Assembly (NCBI GenBank): GCA_039621445.1
Contig: CP154954.1
Span: 13,744,387 to 13,808,386, forward strand
Direction: 5' to 3'
DNA length: 64,000 nt
Origin: Euglena gracilis
Lineage: Eukaryota
Below are positions 37,336 through 48,156 of the stretch, in pieces. The notes beneath the pieces were generated by a model that was given only the letters and a program-made list of their open reading frames with translations, was not told the DNA's origin and did not search any database. Position 1 is the first letter of the stretch. Each line of letters opens with the position of its first letter. Made by a program: the position numbers and the translations under genes.

Positions 37336-40300
37336 GAGCCCTCTGGGCTCACACTATGTGAGCCTGGGGAGCCCAGACTCCCAGATTATGAATCACAGGA
37401 GGACAGCGACGAAGAAGCAAGCCACAGCCATGACAGCCCCAGCCATTGCGGCCAGGGCCAGCAGCTCCTGGCCATTGCCGGGCATGCCCAGCCGGACCCC
37501 CAGCAACCAGAACCATCTGGGTCCGGCATGGCATTGCCCAGCAGCCTGGGAGGGCTCTCCGGCATGCCCAGCTTTGTGCCAGGGTTTGTGCATGACATGA
37601 CCAGGCAGGTCATGTGGCAATTTGCAATGCGAGGGAAGATCAAAGAAGAAGAGGAAGAACCGGCAGAAGAAGAAGGCGAAGAAGAATTTGCAAGCCATGC
37701 CCAGCCACTTTTACTGGAGGCGGGGCCCTGGCAGAACCCCGGGGATGCCGGGCCGGCACATGCGCCGGTGGGCCATGTCGGGTCTGGGCATTTCTCCGCC
37801 GGACCCGACCATTGCTCGCTGGTGCATGCCGGTCCCGGGCATGATGGGCCCCAAGGACATGCCCCAGACCCAGCCACCCAGTGGCAGCTGCAGGAGCTGC
37901 CCCCAGCAGGGGATTTGATGGAGGACGAGGACCAGACAGCCCAGGGGGGGTTGGTGCCAGAACAGAGCCCGAAGGGGAGGCACCCCCCGCACCCCCCCCA
38001 GAGGTTGTGGGAGGAGGCGGAGGCACAGGCCGCTGCCTCAGTGGTTCTGGGACAGGAGATCCAGCGGTTGGACGGTTGGGGTGGCGACCTGCAAAGTCGG
38101 CTCGCTGAAGCGGGGGTCACCACAGCTGCTTCAGTTAGCCGCCTGGAGCAGTTGGTGTCCTTGCAGTTTCAGCGGGTCACGGAAAACTTTCAAGGAGTGG
38201 TGCAGCAAATGGAAAGAACCCAGGCTGGGCTAGCGTCCCAGCTGGCTGAAAATTTTCAAAATCTGCAGCAGAAGCAGATGGAAAATTTTTCTGGGGGGAT
38301 GACAGCCCTGAGCGAGCTGGTGACCAACCGGCTGGGCGAAAGCCTCGGGACTGTGGCCCAACTAGCCCAGAGGGTCCAGGGGCTCGAGGCCATCGCCAGC
38401 CAGGGTCACCAGCCAGCTGAGGGGCAGGGGTTCAACGAGGCGATGGCTGGGCGGGTGAAAAAATTTGAGGAGCTGCTCATCACCTCCGTCCGGACGACGA
38501 AGGAGGTGATGAGGAGCCAGGAGCTGGCCAGCGGGCCCAGGCCGAGGCCCTGGACCAAAAATTAGACCAGCTGACGGGTGAACTCGGGGGGCTGCGAGAA
38601 AGAAATGCAGGGATTGCACAGGCCCTGCAAAATTTTCGAGCAGAGCTGGACGGACAGGCCACAGCCATCGCTGAACAACAAGGGACCATAAGGGAAGACA
38701 TAAGGGAGCTAAGGGCCAGGGCTGAGGGGCAGGGCCACAGCCTGCAGGAGCTGTGGGCCGAGGTCACCACCCACGGGCAGGTGATCCAGGCCCACAACGC
38801 CCTGCTCCTGGAGGTGGACTTAACAATAAAGAGGGTACCAAAAGAAAATGCCGAAATAAAAAATCGGCTTTTGGTTTTAGAAAAGAAAATCGAAAATTTT
38901 GAAATTTTTTGCCCCCCCATCCAGGAGTTACCGCAGCCACCCAGAGGAGTGGGGCCGGAGAGCGAGGACCCCCGAGGCCCCGAAGCCAGAGTGCCCCCGG
39001 CAACCACGACTCCCAGACCCAGTCAACGCCGGGGGCCCAGAGTGCCAATGGCTCGGGTGCCGCGGGGGGCAATATGCCTCCTGGCCCCCAGCACCAGCTC
39101 CCAGTCCATCCCGGCGTGCTGGGAGGCAAGGGGCCCGTGGCCCCCCAGGGGCTCTCTGCTGGCCCCAGCAGCGGGGCAGCGGGGGCAGTGGCCCACACAC
39201 CCGGGGAAGTGGTTTCCCCGGGCCCAGCTTCTGTAACTGCAGTTTTTCCCAGTGGGTTCTCGGGTTCTGGCCCCCAGAGGGGCAGGAGTGTTGTCCCTGA
39301 TTCTTCGGCAGAGGGGAATGCAGCACCCCCAGCCAGCGGGGGCCCTTCGGCACCAAGGGGCAGCCAGCCCCAGGGTCCCATGGCTGCGGGGGGTAGCCAG
39401 CCCCAGGGCCCCATGGCTGCGGGGGGCAGCCAGCCCCAGGGTCCCATGGCTGCGGGGGGCAGTCCGGTCCAGGTCCCCGCTGCTGGAGGGACCCCAGCTG
39501 GCCAAACACCTGGCACGTTCGGGTTCCAGGGGGTGGATTGGGAGGAAGCGGAACACCAGATTAAGGCTCACGGATTTTTTAATTTTTTGGCCAGGTTGGG
39601 AGCCCAGGAGCAGCAGCAACAGTCTCAGCAAAATTCACGAACAACGGGACAGTCCAGCACAGCGAAACCACGGGCAGCAGGCACAGCAGATCTACAGGGC
39701 CAGGGCAGGGGTCAACCAGGGGTGAAATCAGCCGAGCACCAGTGGCCCCCCCAGCCCCGTGGGTTCCCCGCAGGAGGGGAGTTCACGGGGGCAATGGACC
39801 CTTTCGCCTGGGCCCCTGAGGCTGGGGCAGCATCGTGCAGCGCTGCCCCTCTGGCCTTTGGGTCCCAGGACACGGGAGCCTGGGTCCGGGGGGTCCAGGC
39901 AGCTCCGGTCCACGTGGCACCAGCAGCCCCCAGCCCAGCAGCCAGCATGTTTTTGGGGCCGCTGGCGACACTCCTCACCAAAGACCTTGCAAAACCAGAG
40001 CTGAAAGGTGATTTTCATGATTTTTCAGTAAAATTTCAGCTCTACATGCAGCAGGTTTCCATGGGACGGCCAGTGGGGGAGGAATTTAAAATGCTTGTTC
40101 TGACCGGCTGCCTGGACCACAGCAGCCGGCTGGAACTCCAGCGGCGACAGGAGATGGGGGAACGGGTCAGGTTCCAAGATTGGCTGGCCCAGAAATATGG
40201 CGGCGACATCCAGGCCTCGCTGCATGAGCAGCTCAGGAGCCTCAGACCGGTCAACACAGGCAAGTTGACCCTCCCGGCGTGGCGTGAATATGAAAGTCAG

Positions 40301-41281
40301 TCTAAATTAATTTTATGCCGGATGGAAAACCCCTCTGAGGAGGAAGCACAGGCTCTGGTTCTGCAGCAGCTCCCAGATTCCATGCGTAGGGCAATAATCA
40401 GGGAGCAGACCCGAAAAAATCAGGATGCGCCCACAGTGCGGCTGTGGCACATCCCTGGGTTGACGGCGGAAAAGGCAACACAGCTCGCCCAGGAGGCTGT
40501 GGGTGAGGGGGAGCCGGTGACAGTCAGGGCACACCGGGACTCCTTCCTCATCAAGCTCTACAGCCGGCCGGCGCTGGAGAGGCTGATGATGAGGAACGGG
40601 GCCACGCTGCAGGGGGGCAATACAGTGAAAATCACCCCCCACGAAACAAAGCTGGGATTGGAAGAGGTTTTTCGACACGCTGAAAATGAGCTGCGGTGCC
40701 AGGAACGGTCTGACAGCTATGGCCGTTCTTGGGGTGGACGGGGGGTCCCAGCCCACCAGGAGGACCACTGGGCTGGGGGCCTCGACAATTTTTCAGTCTC
40801 TGAGGTAAAATCCCAGGAAGCCAGGCCAGCCCAGCCCCAGAAAACGGTTTCACAGCCAGCTGAGGGAGGAGCAAAGGCAGGACCCCCCAAAGGCCCTGAG
40901 GGGCCACAGGACAGGCAATCACGGCACCGGGGCGGGTCTCCTGGAAAGGGACGGGAGGGACGCAGGTCACCCAGCCCGGGGCAAAAGGGGAAGGGGTTCG
41001 GCAAGGGAGCTGGCAAGGGCGGCTCAGAGTTTCGCCCAGCCAGGTCCCCAACCCCTCACCCAGCCACCAACAGGGAACAAACCCCCCCGAGGAGCCCCCG
41101 GAGTAGCCCCTCGGTGGACCAGCCCTGCAGCCAGTGCGGGGCCACAGATCTCTGGTCTCAGGAATGCCCTGGAAAAAAATGTTATGAGTGCGGGAAAACG
41201 GGACATCTGGCACGATATTGCTGGTGGAGAAAGGGAAAGGGGAAGGGGGCGTCCACACCCCCACGGCGGGGGAGTGCCTGA
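37336..41281 (+). pseudogene. gag: gag of element A: acidic/coiled-coil N-terminus, GSQPQGPMAAG repeats, capsid-like region, two zinc knuckles
   Basis: ORFs 37141-38565, 38781-39236 and 38909-41281 joined by frameshifts; CSQCGATDLWSQEC and CYECGKTGHLARYC. Confidence 0.85.
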
Positions 41282-41941
41282 AAAAGCGGGGGCCAGAAGG
41301 GAGGGGACGGGTGCCCAGGGTGCCCCCAGCACGGCCCTCGGAAGGGGGGTAAGGAACAGGCTCACGGAGAGGGTTGGGTTTTGGTCAAGGGCAGATCCGG
41401 ACCTGGACCTGCACGGTCCCCCCAGCCCCCCCTGACTGAGACACGAAAAGGGGCTGGGGGGGGCCAGCAGGCCCTCTCATTCGACTCTGCCAACCCCTGG
41501 TCTGCGCTTTTCACCAGTGAGGGCAGTCCAGGGGGGGGCTCGGGTCAGAATCCAGGCACGGGACAAAGGGAGAAGGGACACAAGGCGGCTGGCCCTCCGC
41601 AGCAAGCCGCCCAGGGGTCTTCGGGTTCCAGCACACCCAGTCTACCGCAGATCACAACACCAGGAAGGGAGGGGAGAAACACAAAACAAAAAAAGAAAAA
41701 AGAAAAAAACAAAACGCTCTCACAGGCATCAATCAGGGAGGCAGCAAGGGAGGTCATCAACGTTCCCCAAACCAGTAAGGGCACGGATGAAACCGCCCCC
41801 AGCACGGAAAGGGATTCAGAGTTTTTGATTCGCCAGGTGAGGTGCGTCAGGACCGCACCTTCCACCTCAGCCCCCACACCACAGCCAGCCCCAGCACCAC
41901 TCCCAGCCCGTTCCTCAGGGTTTGGGAGGTCGCCCTCCCGG

Positions 41942-42360
41942 TGGATTTCCCAGGACTACCACGTCCGGGAGGAGTACGTCAGGGACGTACTCCGCCGCCT
42001 GGGAGTCTACCCGGAGGTCGACGCCTTTTCTGCCAAAGAAAACCGCAGGTTCGTCCGCTGGTGGGGCCAGGGAGCAGGGAGGGAGAAGATGCCTTCAAGC
42101 AGGACTGGGGCAGGGAGGTTTTGTGGATCAACCCACCTTATAAAAAAATAGAGGAGGTTCTCGGAAAAATCAGGAGGGATCAGGCCCATGCCATCCTGGT
42201 GAGCCCCAGGTGGCCGGGGCGGCGTTGGTACAGGGAGGCCAGGGGCTTGGCTGTGCGCCAAGTCACGTTCCCTCAGGGAACACGATTTTTCGGCAGAGGG
42301 GAGGAGTTGTGCCAGGGGACCAAGTGGCCCATCACAGCCTTTTTGCTGTGTGGGCACCCA
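41942..42360 (+). CDS. N6-adenine DNA methyltransferase domain (Dam/DIRS-MT-like) of Pol; 1-bp deletion in a G-run at ~42065
   Basis: VDAFSAKENRRF..WW, DAFKQDW, LWINPPY (NPPY 42130-42141), ILVSPRWPGRRWY; frame is intact in copy B. Confidence 0.9.
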
Positions 42361-42519
42361 GACCGGTGCACGCTGGAGGAGGTGACACGAAGAGGGAGGG
42401 AGAAAAAAACCAGGTTCGGGACACATTTTTCAGGGCCACCCCCAGGGACCGGGGGGGCCACAGGGGAGGTCAAGCCGGCACACCTGGGGCAGGTGGGGAG
42501 AGCGGACCAGCCCAGGCGG

Positions 42520-43120
42520 ATGCTGGACCTGTTCTGCGGGACAGGTTCAGTAGGGGACGTCTACCGCAGCCTGGGTTACCAGGTCACGTCGGTGGACGTG
42601 GACCCCAGGTGGCGGCCAGACATTTGTGTTGACGTGCTGAAATGGAATTTTAAAAAACAGTTCCAGCCTGGGGATTTTGAGGTGGTGGTGTGCGGGGTCC
42701 CCTGCACCGAATTCAGCCTGGCGCTGACCACCAGGGAACGAGATTTAAAATTGGCTGATCGGCTGGTGCAGCGGGCCCTGGCCATCATCAGATACCTCCG
42801 CCCACGGCGGTGGTGGCTGGAAAACCCCCGGTACGGTTACCTGCGGACCCGCAGGTACATGGCAGGGATCCCACACGTGGATGTGGATTACTGCCAGTAC
42901 GCTGACTGGGGCTACCAGAAGCCCACCAGGATATGGGGCAGCCCCCATGTCCTGGGTCTCCGGCCACAGGTGTGTGACGGCCGGACCTGCACCAACCTGG
43001 AAAGCCCAGTACCTGAGGGGGGACGAAAGGGACGGCACAAAATTCGGCTCAGCAGCAAACACCAAAACCTTCCCAGGCACCTGAAATATCGGATCCCAGA
43101 GGCGCTCATCCGTGACCTGG
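42520..43120 (+). CDS. C5-cytosine DNA methyltransferase domain of Pol, apparently intact
   Basis: Motif I DLFCGTGS, motif IV GVPCTEFS (PC 42700-42705), motif VI ENP (42820-42828), DYCQY..GYQKPTRIW, C-terminal YRIPEALI; in frame with the N6-MTase C-terminal half and the protease. Confidence 0.93.
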
Positions 43121-43239
43121 CCACAGCACCAGCACCGGAGGCCCACGCTGCCGGGTCTCCGGAGCCAGAGCGGGACCCCCAGACAGAGCGAGGGGTGCCC
43201 TCGGTCTTGCTCCGTGAGGTGGGGCAGGGTGCCAGTGAA

Positions 43240-43620
43240 CGGCAGCTGCTGATGCGGGTGCAGGCCAGGGGGCCAGACGGACAGACCCACTTCATCAACG
43301 CCCTCATTGACACAGGGGCAGAGGTGAACCTGGTCCGAAGAGGCATGCTACCCAGCACATACCTCCTGCCTGCCCCCAAGCCCCTGTCCCTGGTGACGGC
43401 TAGTGGAGCCAAGATGGAAGGGGGGGAACGTGAGGCAACCCTGGGCCTGGTCCTCCGGCGGGAGGGGGGCCTGGGTCAGGGGGAAGGGGCCCTGTGGACG
43501 GCCCCAGCCTCCTTCTATGAGGCAGACATCCACGTGGAGGCCATCATCGGCTTTCCGTGGCTGGAGGAAAACCAGCTTGGGGTGTTTCCACATCTCCGAG
43601 CCTTGGCATTGAGGGGAGAG
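43240..43620 (+). CDS. Retroviral-type aspartic protease
   Basis: ALIDTGAEVNLV...AIIGFPWL. Confidence 0.92.
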
Positions 43621-43713
43621 CAGGTGGTCCTCCTTCGGGGACGTGATGCGGAGGGTGAGCAAGTTCAGCCAGCAGCCCACAAAAAGGCACAAAAGTGAGC
43701 GAGATACCTGAAA

Positions 43714-45550
43714 ATGGTGGAAAAAGTCAGAGCACTGCGGCTTGCTTTGCCAGAGGCAGCCCTGGGGGAGGACACCGAGGTGCCTGAGTGGGAGGAAAAC
43801 CCCCTGCACGAGGATGAGGCGACCCAGGAGACAGTGGCCAAGGAACTCCTGCGGGCAGCCCGGGAGGTCGAAGCACGGGCAGCCCAAGGGGTCATCCTTG
43901 TTCCCGAAGGGGAACAGGTGACCAGCCAGCGGGCTGAGGAGCTCCGGGCAGCCCTCCGGAGTGACTTCGAGGGGGAGGTTCTCCGAGACAGGATTTGGGG
44001 GGAAAGAATCGTTCGGGGGCCCCTGGGGGAAGGGAAAATCGAATTAAAACCGGGATCTGTGGCAAAGAAACAGAGGCCCATCCACCTGACGGGGGAGAGG
44101 CACAGGGCCTTGTGTGACCTAGTGGATGAGTGGGTTCGGGACAAGAAGGTGGAGGAGGGGGTGCCAAGTGCCTGGAGCAGCCCCACATTCGTGGTGGCCA
44201 AGAAACAGGGGAAGTGGCGTGGGGTTGTGGATTTCCGGGCATTAAACGAGGCCACAGTGACGGATGCTTACCCCCTCCCCAGGATTGAAGACATCCTGGT
44301 GAACCAGGGACGGAGGTACCTGTTCTCCGTCCTTGATCTCAAGGATGCCTTCCATCAGGTGCCCCTGCACGAGGACTCACGCCCATACACCTGCTGCAGC
44401 ACCCCCCGAGGGTCCAAGCAGTGGTGTGTGGTCGTGATGGGCCTGAAAAATGGAGTGGCCATTTTTCAGCGGGTGATCGAGTACTCGCTGAGGGAAGTGG
44501 CTGATGTCGCCAACCCATACGTTGACGACATCATCGTGGGGACAGAGTGGTGTGGCACGGAGGAAGCTACCATGGAGGCACACGACCAGGACATCAGGCG
44601 AGTGTTAGGGGACCTGCGGGAACACCGCCTAGTCGTGGACAAAAACAAGTGCCGCTTCTTCGTAAGAGAAGTGGAATTCTGTGGCCACATCCTGGGGGGA
44701 GGAAAACGAAGGCCAGCACCGGGCAAACTCATGGCGCTGGAGAAGTGGGAGGAGCCCCGCACGATCACAGCCCTCAGGGGCTTTCTGGGCTTCACCAACT
44801 ACTACTCCAGCTACGTGAAGGAGTATGCCCGGTATGCAGCCCCCCTGATGGAACTCCTCAAGGTGGGACGTGTGGAAGGGAAAAAAGGCAGCAAAAAACC
44901 TGTGAAATTCGGCCAAACGGAACGGGAGGCCTTCACCGCCCTGAAGCAGGAGCTCCTCCGAGGATTGGAGCTCCACACCATCAACCCGGACGAGCCATTT
45001 ATCCTCCGGGTAGATGCGAGCGACAAGGCGGTGGGGGCAGCCCTGGAACAGTTTTTGGAGCCAACAGAGGGGATGCCCACAGCCGTGGAAGCCACTACAC
45101 GGAAAACCGTGCCTGTGGCCTTCTGCTCCAGGAAACTCACGGCTGGGCAGGTGAAGAGCTGGTCTCCGCGAGAGAAGGAGACTTACGCCATCATCCTGGC
45201 CCTCCAAAAAGGGGGCCTCCTACATCGGCCTGCAGCCGGTGTTGGTCCTCACGGACCACAAGTCCCTGTAGGCCTGGGCCAAGGAGACCCTGGACACGCC
45301 CAGCGGACCTGCCGGGAGGCGGGGACGCTGGCATGAAATGTTCTCCCGGTTTGACCTTCACGTGGTCTACATCCCGGGAAAGGAAAATGTGGTGGCGGAT
45401 GCCCTCAGCAGATGGGCATATCCTGCCTCCAAGGCATTTGCCGACATCAGCCTCCACGGGAGCGAGGAGGATGATGAGGCAATGAGGGCCATGATCGAAG
45501 AAGAACGGAGGGAAGAGCGAGAATGCGGGACACCGCACGGGGGGGAGTAA
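43714..45550 (+). pseudogene. pol: Ty3/Gypsy reverse transcriptase + RNase H
   Basis: WRGVVDFRALN, YPLPRIE, LDLKDAFHQ, YVDDI, LRGFLG; RNase H VDASD, EKETYAI, TDHKSL, NVVADALSR; frameshift ~45210 and in-frame stops. Confidence 0.95.
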
Positions 45551-45556
45551 CTCCAC

Positions 45557-47533
45557 GTGGCGGTAACAACACGCAGTGGGAGAGACACAGCAGCACAGCA
45601 CAGACCTGGCCCCAGCCCCACAGAGGGGGAGGGGGCTGAGGATTCAGTGCCAGGGGGCCCTGGCCCTGACCCCACAGGGGGGGAGGGGCCTGTGGATGCC
45701 CCCTCGGGAGATTCGGGTCCCATCCTCATGGGAGGGGAGGGACCTGGGGGACCTGGGTTGGACACGCGGGAGACACGAGGTTCCCCACGTGCCCATCTTT
45801 TCGTGGATGAATTCGGGAATGAACAGCCGGCAAGAAGGGGCGGACCTGAGGAACACCAACCGGGGCGAAGAGTTCTGAGTGAGGACCTGCAGCTGACCCC
45901 CTCCATCGATGATCCCCACCGGGGGGATCTCGGGGAACCTGTGCGGGAACCAATTTCACTTTCTCCAGACACGGGGGTGCACACCCAGGAGGAGGTGGAG
46001 GAGGATCCCTCCATCCCAGTGATGGACAGGGATTGGTCACGGGCATATGAAAATTGCCCTGTGTGGGGGCCTGTTTATGCAAGTGTGCAGGCCCCTGCAG
46101 GAGAGTGGCCTGAGGGAGTCCGTCTGTACGAGGACAAAATGTACACGGACGGGCTCCTCTGTGTGCCCACCAGCCTGATGGGGCTCGTGGTCCGGGCCCA
46201 CCACGGGGACGCGGGCCACCCAGGAGCCTCCAGGCTCTGGCACCAGATGGGGCGGTGGTATAGGTTCGCAGATCCAAGGGGGGCAGAGAAAATCACCCAA
46301 GGCATCCAGCGGCAATGTGAAATTTGCCAAGCCTGTGACCCCTCTCGAGCACCTTTCAAGTGTGCTCTCGAAGCCACCCCTGTACCACCGTTCCTCATAG
46401 ACAGTGTGGCAGTGAACCTGTTTGCAATGCCTGAGGTGACCCACGAGGGCCAGGTGTATGATTACCTGGCCCTGTGCGTGGACCGTGAGAGTGGGTGGAA
46501 AGTGGCCACCCCCCACAAGTACAAGGGCCTGACAGCCGAGGTGGTGGCCAAGGCCATGTTCCGCCACTGGGACATGTTCGGGGTGCCCTCTGTGGTGACC
46601 TCGGACCGTGGCCCCCACTTTGCCTCGGCTTGGTGGCAAACAATGTGCGCCGCCATGGGGGTGAGGCGTGCCTACGGGCAGGCCTACCACCACCAGGCCA
46701 ACGGTCGGGCAGAGGTGGCGGGCCAACGGGTGATGAACACCCTGTCCAAGCTCATTGCCGACCTGTCGGAGAAGGAGGCCTCGTGGGTGGTGCTGTTACC
46801 CAAGGCCCTCCGGCACCTGCACGATGTGCCAGGGGAGTCCGGCTTGTCGCCCTACGAGGTGGTCTTCGGGCGGCACCGGCCACTCCAAGGCCTGCCCCAC
46901 CAGCCCCCACGAGAGGCCGAGGGGGCAGCCGACTTCATGGCACGGATGCGGGCTATGGACGAGAAGGTGGCCTTAACCTTGAATGCCTTGCACACCAAAC
47001 GGTGGGCTTCCCTCAACGCCAAGAGAAGGGACCCACCTCCCCTGGAGGTCGGTGCCAAGGTGTGGTACCGTCCCGAGACACAGCCGGGCACAGACAAGTT
47101 GGCCACCAAGTGGAAAAGGGGGACTGTGGTGGCCCGCCGGGGTCGCCACTCATATGTGGTGGAGCTGGCCCCGGGGGCCCGCCAAGAGACACACCGGAGC
47201 CAACTCAAGCTCCACGCGGAGGACGAGTTCTCCACCGACCCCCTCCCACTGTTCTATTTCAGTGACAAGGCGGCCCCCCTAGAGGTGGGACCGGATGAGT
47301 GGGTGGTGGAGGAGATTGTGAGCAGCCGGAACCACCCGGAAACGGGGGTCCCGGAATTTCAGGTGAGGTGGAAAAACTGGGATCCGACGGATCTCCAATG
47401 GCTGCCTTGGTCGGATTTCTTCCCCTCCTACAACGAGGATGTGGTGGATTATTGTGCAGCCAAGGGGATTCCGTTGGAGGTGGTGGGACTTCTCCGCCCC
47501 GGGAAGAGGGGGGGGCGGGGACGGGGTCAATAA
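45557..47533 (+). CDS. Integrase (HHCC + DDE core) with C-terminal chromodomain
   Basis: H..AGHPG...CEICQ; SVAVNLF (first D changed to N; D in element G), TSDRGPHF, NGRAE; chromodomain WVVEEIV...EFQVRWKNWDPTDLQWLP. Confidence 0.95.
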   Translation: MAVTTRSGRDTAAQHRPGPSPTEGEGAEDSVPGGPGPDPTGGEGPVDAPSGDSGPILMGGEGPGGPGLDTRETRGSPRAHLFVDEFGNEQPARRGGPEEHQPGRRVLSEDLQLTPSIDDPHRGDLGEPVREPISLSPDTGVHTQEEVEEDPSIPVMDRDWSRAYENCPVWGPVYASVQAPAGEWPEGVRLYEDKMYTDGLLCVPTSLMGLVVRAHHGDAGHPGASRLWHQMGRWYRFADPRGAEKITQGIQRQCEICQACDPSRAPFKCALEATPVPPFLIDSVAVNLFAMPEVTHEGQVYDYLALCVDRESGWKVATPHKYKGLTAEVVAKAMFRHWDMFGVPSVVTSDRGPHFASAWWQTMCAAMGVRRAYGQAYHHQANGRAEVAGQRVMNTLSKLIADLSEKEASWVVLLPKALRHLHDVPGESGLSPYEVVFGRHRPLQGLPHQPPREAEGAADFMARMRAMDEKVALTLNALHTKRWASLNAKRRDPPPLEVGAKVWYRPETQPGTDKLATKWKRGTVVARRGRHSYVVELAPGARQETHRSQLKLHAEDEFSTDPLPLFYFSDKAAPLEVGPDEWVVEEIVSSRNHPETGVPEFQVRWKNWDPTDLQWLPWSDFFPSYNEDVVDYCAAKGIPLEVVGLLRPGKRGGRGRGQ

Positions 47534-47630
47534 GGGGGGAGAGGGGCAGGAGGTGGAGGCGAGGGGACGGCGGGTGCGGGGATTGTGGTGGTGGCGGAGC
47601 ACACGCACATCCTTCGCTCTTGTGCGTAGG

Positions 47631-48156
47631 ATGCAGCGCTACGTGCCCCGTCGCCCCTACGTCCCTGGACCTCTCCCCGTCGCCCCCCCCGCCACCATCG
47701 GCCGCCGAGGCGGAGGCCGCCCTCCTCACCCTCTTGCCCGCCCCCAAGCGCCCCCGCCTGGACACCCCCGCGGAACCTCCCCAGCCGGCCGACTCTCCCC
47801 GACCACCGTCCCCCACACGCCCGGAGGACCTCCGCTCCCTGCTGGCCTACCTCGAGGGGCTGGCGGCGGAGGTGGAGCACCTCCGGAGCGTGGTGGGGCG
47901 GTTGGTGGGCGAGGGAGCGCCGCAGCGGGTGGATGCGGAAGTGCAGGCGGAGGCGCCTGGCGAAGGGGACGACCAGGGGAGCGAGGAGGAGGCAAGCGAG
48001 TCGGGGTCGTTGGACCTCCTCGCCGCGGCTGCCACGGCCGGGGACCCCGAGGCCGAGGACGCCGAGGGGGACCAGGTCGGGGAGCCCGGCGGGGTGCTCC
48101 AACTGCTCCTCGCGGAGTTCGAGCCCTTGTGGCCCGGCTCCGATGAGGACCCCTAA
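47631..48156 (+). pseudogene. Small extra ORF after pol in element A (NLS-like PKRPR, short coiled coil, acidic tail)
   Basis: MQRYVPRRPY... joins ...AEAEAALLTLLPAPKRPRLD... if one indel is assumed in the C-run at ~47683-47690. Confidence 0.5.

Noticed and set aside
41942-43120. Bacterial restriction-modification locus or contamination
   Set aside because: The MTases are fused in frame to a retroviral protease inside LTRs, recur in several copies, and have no endonuclease partner or operon features.
43696-43698. TGA reassignment (alternative genetic code)
   Set aside because: In-frame TAA and TAG also occur, and copy-specific TGAs in B correspond to CGN codons in A, consistent with C>T decay.
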